Below, one piece after another: positions 25,879 through 36,097 of a DNA stretch of 64,000 nt. Under the pieces are notes generated by a model, which saw nothing but the letters and a program-made list of their open reading frames with translations, did not search any database and was not told the origin of the DNA. Each line of letters starts with the position of its first letter. Within the stretch, counting starts at the first letter, position 1. A program made the position numbers and the translations under genes. This stretch comes from a virus: positions 8,082 through 72,081 of the IMG/VR virus record IMGVR_UViG_3300036831_000067. One strand, 5' to 3'.

Positions 25879-27426
25879 ATGAGCTTGAACACCGATCTCG
25901 AACGACTCTTGGCCGACTTCGTCAAACACGAGCTGGGTGAGCTGGGCGACAAGCTCGTGGGCGCCATCAGTAATTTCAACACTCAATTGGAGGCCGTCAT
26001 GGCTGAACTGACCGATCTGAAGGGCCTGGACGCCAGTTTGCAGGCACTCACCACTTCTCTGACCGGGGTCGTATCTCAGGTCACCGGCCTGCAGAGCCAG
26101 GTCGACAGCCTGCAGGGCCAGGTGAGCACCCTCAACACCCAGCTGGCCGCCAGCCAGGCCCAGGTGGCCTCGGACCAGACCACCATCGCCGCCGATGCCG
26201 CACAGATCGCGGCCGACCAGGCGGCGTCCACGGCCGACGCGGCCGAGATCGCCACTCTGCAGAGCGACATCGCCAACCTGACGAGCACGATCCAGAATCT
26301 GCAGAACCTGCTCAACCCGCCCAAGGCGGCTCCTACGGTGACTTCGATCTCCCCGGCCACCGGCGCCTCCGACAACGGCGGGGACACGGTGACGGTCACC
26401 GGTACCGGTTTCACCGGTGCGACCGGCGTGAACTTCGGCACGGTTGCGGCGACGTCCTTCACGGTGGACTCCGACACCTCGCTCACGGCCGTCTCCCCGG
26501 CAGGGGCGGCGGGCACGGTGGACGTGCTCGTGATCGGGCCGGGCGGTTCCTCGGCGGCCAGCGCGACCGACCAGTTCATCTATCCCACCCCGGTCACCCC
26601 GCCGCCGCCCTCGGCGCCGACGGTCACGGCCGTCTCCCCGGTGGTCGGTACCTCGGTCGGTGGTGGTGACACGGTCGCCGTCACGGGCACCGGGTTCACC
26701 GGTGCCACCGCCGTCAACTTCGGCACTGTTCCGGCCACCTCGTTCACGGTGGTCGATGACAGCGACCTGACGGCCGTTTCTCCGGCCGATTCCGATGCTG
26801 CCGGGGGTAACACCGTCGACATCACCGTCGTGACGCCAGCGGGCACCTCAGCGGCCGGTGCGGCCGATCAGTTCACGTACCCGACAGCCACCACTCCGAC
26901 CCCCACCCCTACTCCCACTCCGACACCCACGGCCCCGACGGTCACGGGTGTGTCTCCGGCCACGGGGACCTCGGCGGCGGGCGGAGACACGGTCGCGGTG
27001 ACAGGCACTGGCTTCACCGGGACCACGGCGGTGAATTTCGGGCCCACACCGGCGGCCTCGTTCACCGTCACCGACGACTCCAACCTGACGGCGGTCTCCC
27101 CGGCCGACACCAATGCCGCCGGTGGTGGCGTGGTGGACGTCACAGTCGTTACTCCGGCGGGCACGTCGGCCGTCTCGGCGGCTGATCAGTTCACGTTTCC
27201 CGCTGCCGCGACTCCTACGCCGACTCCGGCGCCGACTCCGGGAAGCACTCCGGTTCCGGTAGACCCCAACGCTGCTCCGGTGCCCGCAGGCACGGTGCCC
27301 CCGACCACGATGGTGGTCGAGGTTCCGGCCGGGGTGGTTCCGGTGGTGGTGCCCTCTGGGGCCGTGGCCGTGACCGCCGGGTCGTTGCCGCCGGACGCGA
27401 TAGTGACCCCGGTTCAGACGTCATAA
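25879..27426 (+). CDS. Virion surface fibre: coiled coil plus three IPT/TIG Ig-like domains with PT linkers
   Basis: Three repeats of APTVT.VSP..G...GGDTV.VTGTGFTG.T.VNFG...A.SFTV..D..LTAVSPA; heptad N-terminus; alternative start ATG 25999 with GGAGG. Confidence 0.88.
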   Translation: MSLNTDLERLLADFVKHELGELGDKLVGAISNFNTQLEAVMAELTDLKGLDASLQALTTSLTGVVSQVTGLQSQVDSLQGQVSTLNTQLAASQAQVASDQTTIAADAAQIAADQAASTADAAEIATLQSDIANLTSTIQNLQNLLNPPKAAPTVTSISPATGASDNGGDTVTVTGTGFTGATGVNFGTVAATSFTVDSDTSLTAVSPAGAAGTVDVLVIGPGGSSAASATDQFIYPTPVTPPPPSAPTVTAVSPVVGTSVGGGDTVAVTGTGFTGATAVNFGTVPATSFTVVDDSDLTAVSPADSDAAGGNTVDITVVTPAGTSAAGAADQFTYPTATTPTPTPTPTPTPTAPTVTGVSPATGTSAAGGDTVAVTGTGFTGTTAVNFGPTPAASFTVTDDSNLTAVSPADTNAAGGGVVDVTVVTPAGTSAVSAADQFTFPAAATPTPTPAPTPGSTPVPVDPNAAPVPAGTVPPTTMVVEVPAGVVPVVVPSGAVAVTAGSLPPDAIVTPVQTS

Positions 27427-27437
27427 CTCCATGGAAT

Positions 27438-27472
27438 TAACCCGGGGCGCGAATGGATTCGGCCCCGGGTTA
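27438..27472. terminator. Long hairpin, possibly a bidirectional terminator
   Basis: taacccggggc / gccccgggtta with inner cgaat/attcg pairing. Confidence 0.7.
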
Positions 27473-27562
27473 GCCGTGTGTTTATTAAGACAAGGTGACA
27501 AGGTGCGTTATCCTATTGGAGTAAAGCTGGACCCCACCTGGAACACAGAATCGACGGACGCC

Positions 27563-27754
27563 ATGAAGAGCTACCTGGTGACCTTGGTCGACCAGGAAAC
27601 TGGTGACCTGCAGCGCATTGTGGTGCAGTCGGACTGCTCGCACAATATGCAGGAGTTCGTGGATGGCCTGGTTGATCTGAAATTGGCTCACCCGATTGTG
27701 GTCGACATCGATGAGCAGGTCGTTCGCCACCTTCCCTTGGTCAATCCGACGTAG
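27563..27754 (+). CDS. Small hypothetical protein
   Basis: ATG 27563 (MKSYLVTLVD...); coding-like codon usage. Confidence 0.55.
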   Translation: MKSYLVTLVDQETGDLQRIVVQSDCSHNMQEFVDGLVDLKLAHPIVVDIDEQVVRHLPLVNPT

Positions 27755-27762
27755 GAGAGTGC

Positions 27763-28098
27763 GTGGCACGCAAGGATCTGGGGACGCCCCCCGCCGACTT
27801 CGCCGATGACGTCAATCTGGGTTTCTTGATCTCCACGCTCGCCAGTCAGCGCATCACGTTGACCCCGGCCCGGGACTTCACCATCTCGCTTCCCGATCCT
27901 CCGGCGACCGGGGACCTGATGGTCCTTTACGAGATCTATCCGTCGGCCGACGTCGTGGTCATGTTGCCCAGTAGTGTGATTTTGACCTCAGGGCTCAGTG
28001 ACTCCTACGACGTGCAGACCGGGAAGGCCTGCTTCGTGGGACTGTCCTACTCCCCGTTGTCGGGGTGGACCCTGCTCGCCGCGACCACTCAGGTCTGA
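27763..28098 (+). CDS. Hypothetical beta-rich structural protein
   Basis: AGGAG RBS; 111 aa. Confidence 0.65.
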   Translation: MARKDLGTPPADFADDVNLGFLISTLASQRITLTPARDFTISLPDPPATGDLMVLYEIYPSADVVVMLPSSVILTSGLSDSYDVQTGKACFVGLSYSPLSGWTLLAATTQV

Positions 28099-28099
28099 C

Positions 28100-28627
28100 G
28101 TGACAACTCTCGACGAGCTGGCCTTGAAGTATGGCACCGACAAAGCCTCGGGCTTCCACAACTACTGCCCGATCTATGAGCGCTACTTCGCCGAGCTGCG
28201 CCACACCCCGGTGGCACTGTTAGAGCTGGGGGTTTACCGGGGCGCCAGCCTGCGGATGTGGCGGGAGTACTTCGACAATCCATCGAGCTACTTCTGGGGG
28301 GTGGACTACAACACTGGGTGCTGCGTGGGCCAGGAGGACCGCCTGGAGGTCTTCCGCATCGATCAGGAGGATCCCCGCCTGGCCAACGAGCTGCTGGCCG
28401 ACTACCCCCTCAACATCGTCGTCGACGACTGCAGCCACCGGTCCGACCTGACGATCGCGTCCTTCAAAAACCTGTGGCCTCTGGTCGTCGCGGGCGGGTT
28501 CTACGTGGTGGAGGACCTGTGGGTCCAGCCCGAGGCCACCGAGTTCCTGCGCGAGGTCTCCGGGGCCACCATCGAACGCGGCGATGCCAGTGAGATCTGC
28601 TTCATCCGGAAGGAAGCCGATGGCTAG
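28100..28627 (+). CDS. Class I SAM-dependent methyltransferase (sugar O-methyltransferase-like)
   Basis: KYGTDK...HNY..IYE.YF; LLELGVYRGASL (motif I); IVVDDCSH; GGFYVVEDL. Confidence 0.88.
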   Translation: MTTLDELALKYGTDKASGFHNYCPIYERYFAELRHTPVALLELGVYRGASLRMWREYFDNPSSYFWGVDYNTGCCVGQEDRLEVFRIDQEDPRLANELLADYPLNIVVDDCSHRSDLTIASFKNLWPLVVAGGFYVVEDLWVQPEATEFLREVSGATIERGDASEICFIRKEADG

Positions 28628-29357
28628 TCAGTACGCCTGGTACAGCCCGCACAAGGTCGAGGTGCCCGACGGCCAGCGGCTCATGCTCGCGCTGCCGCTC
28701 TATAAGTCGGTCTCGGTGACCTGGCTGCTGAACATGTTCGGCATGGACCAGTCCTCGGTGGTCGGGTCCGTACGCACCAACGGGGTCTATGTCACCAAGG
28801 CGATGCAGATCCTGATCGAGGCCGCGCTGGACCAGAGCGACTGGGACCGGCTGGTCTTTATGGAGCACGACATGATGGTGCCGCAGGACGCCTTCGCGCG
28901 CGTGGCCTCCTACACCAAGCCGGAGTACGACATCGTCGGCTCGGTGTACTTCGAGCACTACCCTCCCCACAAGGCCATCGTGTACGGCGAGAACCATCCG
29001 CCCGAGGAGGCGGGCCAGCCCTGGAAGGCGGTCAACCTCGGTCCCGACGTCGTGGCCAAACTCGTGGAGAGACCGGCCATCTACGAGGTCGCGGCGGTGG
29101 GCTTCGGGTTCACTTCGATCGCGCGTCATGTCTTCGAGAAATGGGACGAGGCCACTCCGATGTTCTCCCTCGACGAGTGCTCCCACGACCTGTTCTTCTG
29201 CCGCAAGGCCAAGGACCAAGGCTTCGGAATCTACGTGGACTCCGCCATCTGCTGCGAGCACCTCACCGAGATCTCGGTGGGCTTCCTGCACAACCAGCGG
29301 GCCCAGGCCGAAGATGCCATGGGCCGTAACTGGATCGATTCCCTGACGCTGGACTGA
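28620..29357 (+). CDS. GT-A fold glycosyltransferase (GT2-like)
   Basis: DRLVFMEHD (DxD position), DIVGSVY, VGFGFTSIARHVF, SHDLFFC..AK..GFGIYVD. Confidence 0.8.
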   Translation: MASQYAWYSPHKVEVPDGQRLMLALPLYKSVSVTWLLNMFGMDQSSVVGSVRTNGVYVTKAMQILIEAALDQSDWDRLVFMEHDMMVPQDAFARVASYTKPEYDIVGSVYFEHYPPHKAIVYGENHPPEEAGQPWKAVNLGPDVVAKLVERPAIYEVAAVGFGFTSIARHVFEKWDEATPMFSLDECSHDLFFCRKAKDQGFGIYVDSAICCEHLTEISVGFLHNQRAQAEDAMGRNWIDSLTLD

Positions 29358-29361
29358 TTCC

Positions 29362-29393
29362 CTGTATCCGACCTGTCGTCGCGTCCTTAAAGG
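29362..29393 (+). promoter_or_regulatory. Candidate phage late-promoter motif
   Basis: CCCTGT-N23-AAAGG. Confidence 0.6.
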
Positions 29394-29420
29394 TAGAGGG
29401 ACCTTCGACAGGGAGGATGC

Positions 29421-29567
29421 ATGACTAATCCAGCCATTCCCGCTGGTTCGGGCCTTCCCAAGGGTGCTCAGCTGATCGGTGGAATCGTGGCCTGGGCCAG
29501 CGCATCCGTGCAGCATGCCGATGGCACCGTCGACTCCGATGAAGAGACCGAAGAGGTGCAGCCGTGA
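29421..29567 (+). CDS. 48-aa protein not in the ORF track
   Basis: GGGAGG RBS; MTNPAIPAGSGLPKGAQLIGGIVAWASASVQHADGTVDSDEETEEVQP; TGA overlaps GTG 29564. Confidence 0.6.
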   Translation: MTNPAIPAGSGLPKGAQLIGGIVAWASASVQHADGTVDSDEETEEVQP

Positions 29568-29965
29568 CCGTTGGATTACACAGTACGAACGTAGCCGAGC
29601 CACTGCTCAACACCTTGCGCGGCACCTCGACGAGCTATGCCTCCACCTGGATCCAGTTACACACGGGCGACCCCTCGAGCGCCGGAACGGCCGCCGTCAG
29701 CGTAGGCAGTACCAACAGATACCAGGCAACCTTTGCGGCGGCCACGTCCTCGGGTGCCAGTGCATCGATCGCCCTGTCGGCCTCCCCCACCGCATGGACC
29801 AACGGCGGCACCAGCGAGACCATCTCCTACATCTCGGTGTGGTCGGCTTCCACGGCGGGCAACCCGCTGTGGACGGCCTCGCTGTCGGTGGCCAAGACCT
29901 GGGCGAGCGCGGACACCCTGACCCTGAACACCTGTGGGCTTTCCCTGACCCCACTGGCCGTTTAA
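29564..29965 (+). CDS. Small virion/fibre-associated structural protein
   Basis: 'WIQLHTGDP..AGT' and 'SVWSASTAGN.LW' motifs typical of phage fibre-associated proteins. Confidence 0.75.
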   Translation: MTVGLHSTNVAEPLLNTLRGTSTSYASTWIQLHTGDPSSAGTAAVSVGSTNRYQATFAAATSSGASASIALSASPTAWTNGGTSETISYISVWSASTAGNPLWTASLSVAKTWASADTLTLNTCGLSLTPLAV

Positions 29966-29980
29966 AGGAAGCTGGAGGAG

Positions 29981-30568
29981 ATGTCCTTCTTCACCGGCAC
30001 CAACGTCGAACTGCTCTACTTCAGCACGGCGACAGGCACCGCCAAGGGCACCTTTACCAGCGAGGTGCAGATCAACGACACGGCAGGGATGGGAGTACAG
30101 GCCCATTTGCCGCCGGATTTCTGGCTGCCGAATCAGACCTCGGTCGGGCGCGGGATTCGTATCGTGGCGCGCGGCATCTTGAGCAGCACTGCCACTCCCA
30201 CGTACACCTTCACCATTCGCTCCGGTGCTGCCGGTTCGACCTCGGCGGCAATCTTGCTCGGCTCTGCGGCGCTGACCACCGGCTCCGGGGTGTCCAACCA
30301 GATGTGGGAGCTGGAAGGGGACTGCGTCTTGACCGCGATAGGGGCGGCGGGCACGAACTCCACCGTGCGCGGTATCGGGTCGATCTTCTGCGGTGGTCTG
30401 GCCAGCCCGTTCCAGTATCCGATCTGGGGCGGTGCGGCGTCACCGGGAACCGTTGCCACGGTGGACACCAGCATCATGAATTTCATCAACTTCAATGTGA
30501 CTTGCAGTGCGTCCAGTGCCAGCAACACGATCACCCTGCAACAGCTCCAGGTGTACGGCCTGAACTAA
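29981..30568 (+). CDS. Ser/Thr/Gly-rich structural protein
   Basis: GGAGGAG RBS; beta-rich composition. Confidence 0.75.
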   Translation: MSFFTGTNVELLYFSTATGTAKGTFTSEVQINDTAGMGVQAHLPPDFWLPNQTSVGRGIRIVARGILSSTATPTYTFTIRSGAAGSTSAAILLGSAALTTGSGVSNQMWELEGDCVLTAIGAAGTNSTVRGIGSIFCGGLASPFQYPIWGGAASPGTVATVDTSIMNFINFNVTCSASSASNTITLQQLQVYGLN

Positions 30569-30596
30569 CACCCTCGCCCGGGTGAGGGGGTAACCG

Positions 30597-33500
30597 ATGG
30601 GTGTCACCTACGACTCGGTTGGCGCTGGCAACGGCCAGCAAGCTGCGACCGTGAGCGAGACGCACACCATTGGCGCGGGCGCCAATGCCCTGGTGCTGGG
30701 TGTCACCGCATGGGGGACAGGCGCTACAGGTAACACGGCCACGGTGGGAACCACCTCCATGACGCTGCTGGGTAACTACACGCCCGACAGCGGCACGATG
30801 TATCTTCTGATCTTCGGGTTGTTGAGCCCACCTACCGGGACGCAGACAATAACCTTCACCAGCGCCACCGGTACCCCGTACGTCAACCTCAATTCTGTTG
30901 CCTACGCGGGAGTTTTAAGTTTCGGAACCGCAGTCAACGCCAGCGGCAGCGGAACGGCGGCGTCGCAAACGGTTTCATCAACCACATCGAATCAGCTTAT
31001 TTTCCAGATGTTCACCGATGACCAAGGGTCAGCCAGCGGTGCACCCACGGGCTACAACCAAACCGCCAGGTGGTCTGGGGATGGCAGCGTCGCGCAACCC
31101 ACGGTGATCGGTGATGCCCCCGGTGGGGGAAACATCACGTTCAGTGCCACGATGCCCTTGTCTGCGACCTGGGGCGGCCTTGCGATCCCGCTTAATGGTG
31201 CTGCTGGTGGTGGTCGCCCAATCCTTCGCATCCCCAACCGCAACGTCGGCCCGATGGCTCAGCGTCATGTGTTCCGTAGACCGACTCCGACGGTTTTTTC
31301 TTTCGGTCAAAATAACTGGATCGCCGATGCATCATTGGCCATCGCCGCGTCGTCGATCGACACGATCAGCCAGGGTCAGGTTCTTGACACGTCGTCTTTG
31401 GCGATTACCACAGGGCTCACCGACACCGCCACCCGAGCTGCGTTCGCCGACACTTCTCTGCCAGTGACCGCCACTATCACCGACAACATCAATGCTGCCT
31501 TCCTGGCTAATGCTTCCCTACCGGTCACGGCGAACCTTGCCAGCCTGCTGAACCTGGAGGCCTATATTGCCGGTCTCCTTCCGATCACGGCCGGGTTCAC
31601 CGAGATACTGAATCTGGCGGGATTGGCCAACACCTCTTTGGGGATCACGGCCGGGCTCACCGACGTGGCCAGCTACGGCGCTGTCGCCAACACCACCCCA
31701 CTGGCAATCACGGCGGGCTTGACGGATGCCGCGCGGTTGGCTGCCAAGGCCAACACCTCACTGGCGATCACCGCCGGGTTCACCGGTCTGGCTAATCAGG
31801 TCATCAACTCGGCCGTTATCTCTTTGCCGATCACGGCGGCATTGACTGCTACGGACACCCGCAATGCGGTCGTTGGCGCCTCTCTCCCGATCACGGTGGG
31901 CAACCTGGCTGGGGCTGTACCCACCTACGACAACTCCGCGTCCAGCAGCTATCAGAGTGGCACCGGCAGCGGAACGGCGGTCACCTGGTCACACACCGTC
32001 GCAGCCGGGGCCTACGCCATCATCGTGGTCTTCGTGCCCTACGCCAGTATGTCGGGGCCGGGCTCCGGCACGACCGCTGTGGTGAAGATGGGCACCGTAA
32101 CCCTGTCCAGCCTGGGTTCGGTGTTCATCAACAACGCTGCCGAAGGGTGGGCCTGGGTCTTCGGCGGCTATACCTCGGGAAGTGGCGCCCAAACCGCGTC
32201 GGTGAAGCTCACCGAATCTGGGCAAACCTTCACCGGCTACGGTGCGTCATTCACCTACAACAACGTCAGTAGTGTCGGGATCCTCCAGACAGCCTATGGA
32301 GGGTCCGCCACCACACAATCGGTGTCGGTCCCCTCGGCCAGTACCAATCTCGTGTGGGGAGCCATCCAGATCGGCACCAGCGGTGCCACTCTCGCGGGAT
32401 TCAGTGCATTCAGCCTCAACCAGCGACAGGAACAGGACTCCAACACGACCTGGGGTGAGTCGTTCATCGCTGGGGATATCGCCGGGAGTTCGAGCGTCTC
32501 GGTAAGTGTCAACACCAGCAGCAGCTTTGACTGGGCGGCTGTGGGCCTCTCGCTGAACGGTCTTGCCGGTCCGACGATTGGCTACTCGGGTGTGGCCAAT
32601 GTTGCTCTGCCGATCACGGCGGGGGGACTGGTCAATGTCATCAGCAAGGGTCAGGCATTGGTGGCCCTTTCCTTGGGCCTCACCGCGACCCCAACGGCCG
32701 TGGCCAGTTACGGAGCCACGGCCAACACCTCGCTTCCGATCACCGCAACACCCTTGGGCTCGGTTCACTGGAATGCGGTAGCCAGTGCTGCCCTGGCACT
32801 CACCGCGACTCCGACAAGCGCCGGGGTCCGTAATGCGGTCGTGGATGCTTTACTGCCGATCACCGCAGGCAATATGACCGGGGCTGTCCCTGCCTATGAC
32901 AATTCCGCGATCAGCAGCCTTCAGAACGGTGTGCCTAGTCCCGCATCATTTACTTGGACACAGACCGTTGCCGCCGGGGCCTATGTGATCATTGCTATTT
33001 TCGAGCCCTACGGCAGCTCTTTCCACATGCAGGGGCCCGGCAACACGACCGCTGTGGTGAAGATGGGCACCGTAACCCTGTCCAGTTTGGGCTACGCCTT
33101 CCTTGGTGGTACCAGCGACAGTAATGGATGGACCTGGGTTTTCGGTGGTTATGTTTCGGGAAGCGGCAGCCAAACCGCCTCGGTGACACTCACCCAATCC
33201 TTTTCCAATTTCTACGGATATGCGGCATCGTTCACCTACACCAATGTGTTTAGCGTCGGGACTCTCCAGACGGCCTACGGGACAACTACCCCGGGCTCGA
33301 TGCCGGTGTCGGTTTCTTCGGCTGCCAGTGCTCTGGTTTGGGGCGCCGTTAACGTGTCTGCCAATTCGACCGTTAATTTAACGTCCATCACCCTAACCCA
33401 ACGGCAGGCCGAAGACATGGGCGTGACTTGGGGCGAGGCTTTCGTCGCCGGGGATATTACTGGTGCTACCACAGTTTCGGTGAGTGCTTACACAGCCAGC

Positions 33501-34949
33501 AGTGACACCTCCGGCTGGGCGGCCGTGGGGCTTTCATTGAACGGCCTGCCCGGACCGGTGGTCCAGTATGCGGGTGTTGTTCAGGGTCTCCTGGCGATCA
33601 CCGCAGGGTTGGTCGACACCCTTAGTCTGGGGCGCGCGATTGCCGCCGCTCTGCCCATCACGGCCACACCGACCGGAACGGCCAGCTATGGCGCCCGTGC
33701 CAATGTGGCGCTACCGATCACCGTGGGATTGCTGGCCAGTTCTGCCCACCTTTGGATGGCCGATGTCGCCCTCGCGATCACGGCCGGGCTTATCGATACG
33801 GCCAGCTACGGTGCTGTTGCTAATGCCTCTTTGCCGATCACGTCCGCCCAGTCCGGAGCGGGGACTCGGGGAGCGCGGGCGGATATTCTTTTGACGGTCA
33901 TCGCAACGCTCACCGACGCCGCGCAACTCGCCGGGCTGATCAATACCTCGCTTCCGGTCACCGCAACACCGATCGACACCGTCAGTCAGGGACAGAACCT
34001 TGATGGCCTATTGCCGATCACGGCCACCCCGACCGGTGCGGCGCGACTGGCGGCACTTGGTAATGCTTTCCTGCTGGTCACGGCGACCCCGACCCAGACG
34101 GGATCGCGTGGCCAGAACCTAGACGCCGTCCTGGGTTTCACGGCCGCCACAACACAGGTCCTTTCCCGGGGTCAGGGCGTGGACAGCACTCTGACCGTCA
34201 CCGCGACACCGACCGGGTTCTTCAGCTGGGGCAGCTTCATGACAGCGCTGTCGGTCATTACCGTGACACCCCAGGGCGCTGGGTCGCGCGGACAAAACAT
34301 GGACGTTTCCCTGCCGTTGACGATCGCGGTGTCCAGCCTGGTGAACTGGGCCGCGAACGCCGACGTCCTGCTTCCCATCACCGTCACCACGGTGTCGGAC
34401 TCCGATCACGGGACCATCATCGATGCCGTCCTGGCGATCACGGCCACTCCCAACCAGGTGCTCAAGCAAGACATGCTTGCCGATGCCTCGCTGGGGATCG
34501 TCTCCGGTCAGTCCGGCTTCGTCTCCAACAGCTCGCTGATCAACTCCCTGCTGAACGTCACGGCCGATTTCTCGGTGACCGCCACCGAGGTCAACGTCAT
34601 CCTCATCGACGTGCAACTGCCGATCATGGCCACCCCGGACACCGCTGTCGCCTATGCGGGGACCCTGGACACCAACCTGACGGTGACCACCACCCCGGTC
34701 AACGTGCTCAACCTCGTCGGGCTCTTCGACGTTCTGCTGAACGCGACCATCGCCTCGGCGCAGGCCACCGGTCAGGGGCAGAATCTCGATACCTCGCTGG
34801 ATGTCACCGCCGTGCCCGAGGTGGACGTCGGCCACAACGCCACCGCCGACGCGGTGCTGGCCGTCATCCTGGAGACCGTCGCGCAGCTCTCCGTGTCGAC
34901 CGGGGGCGGCAACTTCCTGATGTTTTTCCGCAATGCGATGGGTCAGTAG
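30597..34949 (+). CDS. 1450-aa fibre-like virion protein: ~20-aa LPITA repeats with inserted beta-sandwich domains
   Basis: Many A(N/D)xSLPITA repeats; three globular domains each beginning with a YD(S/N) motif, two of them close paralogues. Confidence 0.82.
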   Translation: MGVTYDSVGAGNGQQAATVSETHTIGAGANALVLGVTAWGTGATGNTATVGTTSMTLLGNYTPDSGTMYLLIFGLLSPPTGTQTITFTSATGTPYVNLNSVAYAGVLSFGTAVNASGSGTAASQTVSSTTSNQLIFQMFTDDQGSASGAPTGYNQTARWSGDGSVAQPTVIGDAPGGGNITFSATMPLSATWGGLAIPLNGAAGGGRPILRIPNRNVGPMAQRHVFRRPTPTVFSFGQNNWIADASLAIAASSIDTISQGQVLDTSSLAITTGLTDTATRAAFADTSLPVTATITDNINAAFLANASLPVTANLASLLNLEAYIAGLLPITAGFTEILNLAGLANTSLGITAGLTDVASYGAVANTTPLAITAGLTDAARLAAKANTSLAITAGFTGLANQVINSAVISLPITAALTATDTRNAVVGASLPITVGNLAGAVPTYDNSASSSYQSGTGSGTAVTWSHTVAAGAYAIIVVFVPYASMSGPGSGTTAVVKMGTVTLSSLGSVFINNAAEGWAWVFGGYTSGSGAQTASVKLTESGQTFTGYGASFTYNNVSSVGILQTAYGGSATTQSVSVPSASTNLVWGAIQIGTSGATLAGFSAFSLNQRQEQDSNTTWGESFIAGDIAGSSSVSVSVNTSSSFDWAAVGLSLNGLAGPTIGYSGVANVALPITAGGLVNVISKGQALVALSLGLTATPTAVASYGATANTSLPITATPLGSVHWNAVASAALALTATPTSAGVRNAVVDALLPITAGNMTGAVPAYDNSAISSLQNGVPSPASFTWTQTVAAGAYVIIAIFEPYGSSFHMQGPGNTTAVVKMGTVTLSSLGYAFLGGTSDSNGWTWVFGGYVSGSGSQTASVTLTQSFSNFYGYAASFTYTNVFSVGTLQTAYGTTTPGSMPVSVSSAASALVWGAVNVSANSTVNLTSITLTQRQAEDMGVTWGEAFVAGDITGATTVSVSAYTASSDTSGWAAVGLSLNGLPGPVVQYAGVVQGLLAITAGLVDTLSLGRAIAAALPITATPTGTASYGARANVALPITVGLLASSAHLWMADVALAITAGLIDTASYGAVANASLPITSAQSGAGTRGARADILLTVIATLTDAAQLAGLINTSLPVTATPIDTVSQGQNLDGLLPITATPTGAARLAALGNAFLLVTATPTQTGSRGQNLDAVLGFTAATTQVLSRGQGVDSTLTVTATPTGFFSWGSFMTALSVITVTPQGAGSRGQNMDVSLPLTIAVSSLVNWAANADVLLPITVTTVSDSDHGTIIDAVLAITATPNQVLKQDMLADASLGIVSGQSGFVSNSSLINSLLNVTADFSVTATEVNVILIDVQLPIMATPDTAVAYAGTLDTNLTVTTTPVNVLNLVGLFDVLLNATIASAQATGQGQNLDTSLDVTAVPEVDVGHNATADAVLAVILETVAQLSVSTGGGNFLMFFRNAMGQ
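32069..33085 (+). repeat. 42-bp exact direct repeat (32069-32110 and 33044-33085) within duplicated domains
   Basis: cacgaccgctgtggtgaagatgggcaccgtaaccctgtccag occurs twice. Confidence 0.9.
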
Positions 34950-34952
34950 ATC

Positions 34953-34984
34953 CTGTGATGCCAGAGATTTGGGCACCTAAAGGG
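34953..34984 (+). promoter_or_regulatory. Candidate phage late-promoter motif
   Basis: CCTGT-N22-AAAGGG then TAGGAGG. Confidence 0.6.
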
Positions 34985-34996
34985 TAGGAGGTTGCC

Positions 34997-35779
34997 GTGA
35001 ACCGGGAAGTGGACCCTGGCGGCACATCCTCCCCTACTCGAGAGGATTCCCCGATGAGTGCACCGACCACGCCCAAGAAGGACGCCGCCGAGGCCCGGAT
35101 CGCCGAACTGGAGCGCCAGCTCGAAGAGGCCAAGGCCCGGGTCGCCGACGCCGAGGCGAAGGCCCCCATCCCGGTCACGGTGTCCACCGTGGACCAGGAC
35201 GAGGAGGTCCTAGACAAGGAGCCCGCCCCGACCACGGTCAACCTGCAGCAGTTGCGCAAGTACGAGGGGACCCTCTACATCAAGAACAACGACCCGCAGC
35301 GCGCGTTCAGCTGTCACCAGGCGATCGGTCAGCACCGGGTGGACTTCGACCTGGAACCGGCCGGGTGCTCGGAGTCGGTGACCATCATGCCCAAGCTCGC
35401 GCTGGAGGTCCGTGGACTGCTGCGGGCGTGGCTGCGCGGATCGATCACCATCTCCACCGACGAGAAGCTCGAAGACGAGATGACGCTGCTGATGAACAAG
35501 CACGTGCGGGCGTCTCAGGCCCGGGTGGACTCGTTCATGACGCAACTGACCCCGAGCGCGACTGAGAAGGACCTGGTGGAGAAGGCGTGCCTGCAGTGTG
35601 GCAAGCGCAATCAGTTCGGCGCCATCGAGGGCGGCCGGGTCTTCCAGACCCTGAAGATGATCAAAGAGGGTATCCCCCCGCTGTGCGACCTGCACACGCA
35701 TCTGGCTCACCTGTTCCCAGGAACCCAGATCACCACCGAGAATGGCCAGGAGTGGATGTTCAACTCCCCGGGACGATGA
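34997..35779 (+). CDS. Hypothetical protein with C-terminal CxxC...CxxH Zn finger (alternative start 35054)
   Basis: CLQC and CDLH; RBS-like sequence before both starts. Confidence 0.75.
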   Translation: MNREVDPGGTSSPTREDSPMSAPTTPKKDAAEARIAELERQLEEAKARVADAEAKAPIPVTVSTVDQDEEVLDKEPAPTTVNLQQLRKYEGTLYIKNNDPQRAFSCHQAIGQHRVDFDLEPAGCSESVTIMPKLALEVRGLLRAWLRGSITISTDEKLEDEMTLLMNKHVRASQARVDSFMTQLTPSATEKDLVEKACLQCGKRNQFGAIEGGRVFQTLKMIKEGIPPLCDLHTHLAHLFPGTQITTENGQEWMFNSPGR

Positions 35780-35794
35780 GACAAGGAGACAATC

Positions 35795-36088
35795 ATGACG
35801 GGAACACCGGTACCGGGAATACTGTTCACCGGCACCTACTTGACGAAGAACTACAACCCCGGGGTCCCGGGTCAGCCCACCGTCTTTGACGCCTTGGCCA
35901 ATCCCCCCGCGACCGGGGAAGCCGCTGAGGCCAACGCTGAGGCGGCTACCACGGCTCTTGGGGTGGTGGCCCCACCCGCGCAGGTTCTGGCCCTGCGCAC
36001 GGCCAACAGGGACTACGTGAAGGACTTCTACGACGATGCCAGCGTGCTCAATGCGCTGCACACCGACCCGAACATCCTCGCCCCGTAA
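35795..36088 (+). CDS. Small hypothetical protein with VKDFYD motif
   Basis: AAGGAG RBS. Confidence 0.7.
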   Translation: MTGTPVPGILFTGTYLTKNYNPGVPGQPTVFDALANPPATGEAAEANAEAATTALGVVAPPAQVLALRTANRDYVKDFYDDASVLNALHTDPNILAP

Positions 36089-36097
36089 AGGACTGAG

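Noticed and set aside
29479-30585. 368-aa + strand ORF spanning two genes
   Set aside because: Arg/His-rich off-frame reading of 29564..29965 and 29981..30568, which have RBS or coupling and sensible composition.
31910-33550. Duplicated domains as a DGR template/variable repeat pair
   Set aside because: Both copies are in frame in one ORF, differences are not adenine-specific, and no reverse transcriptase is present in the window.
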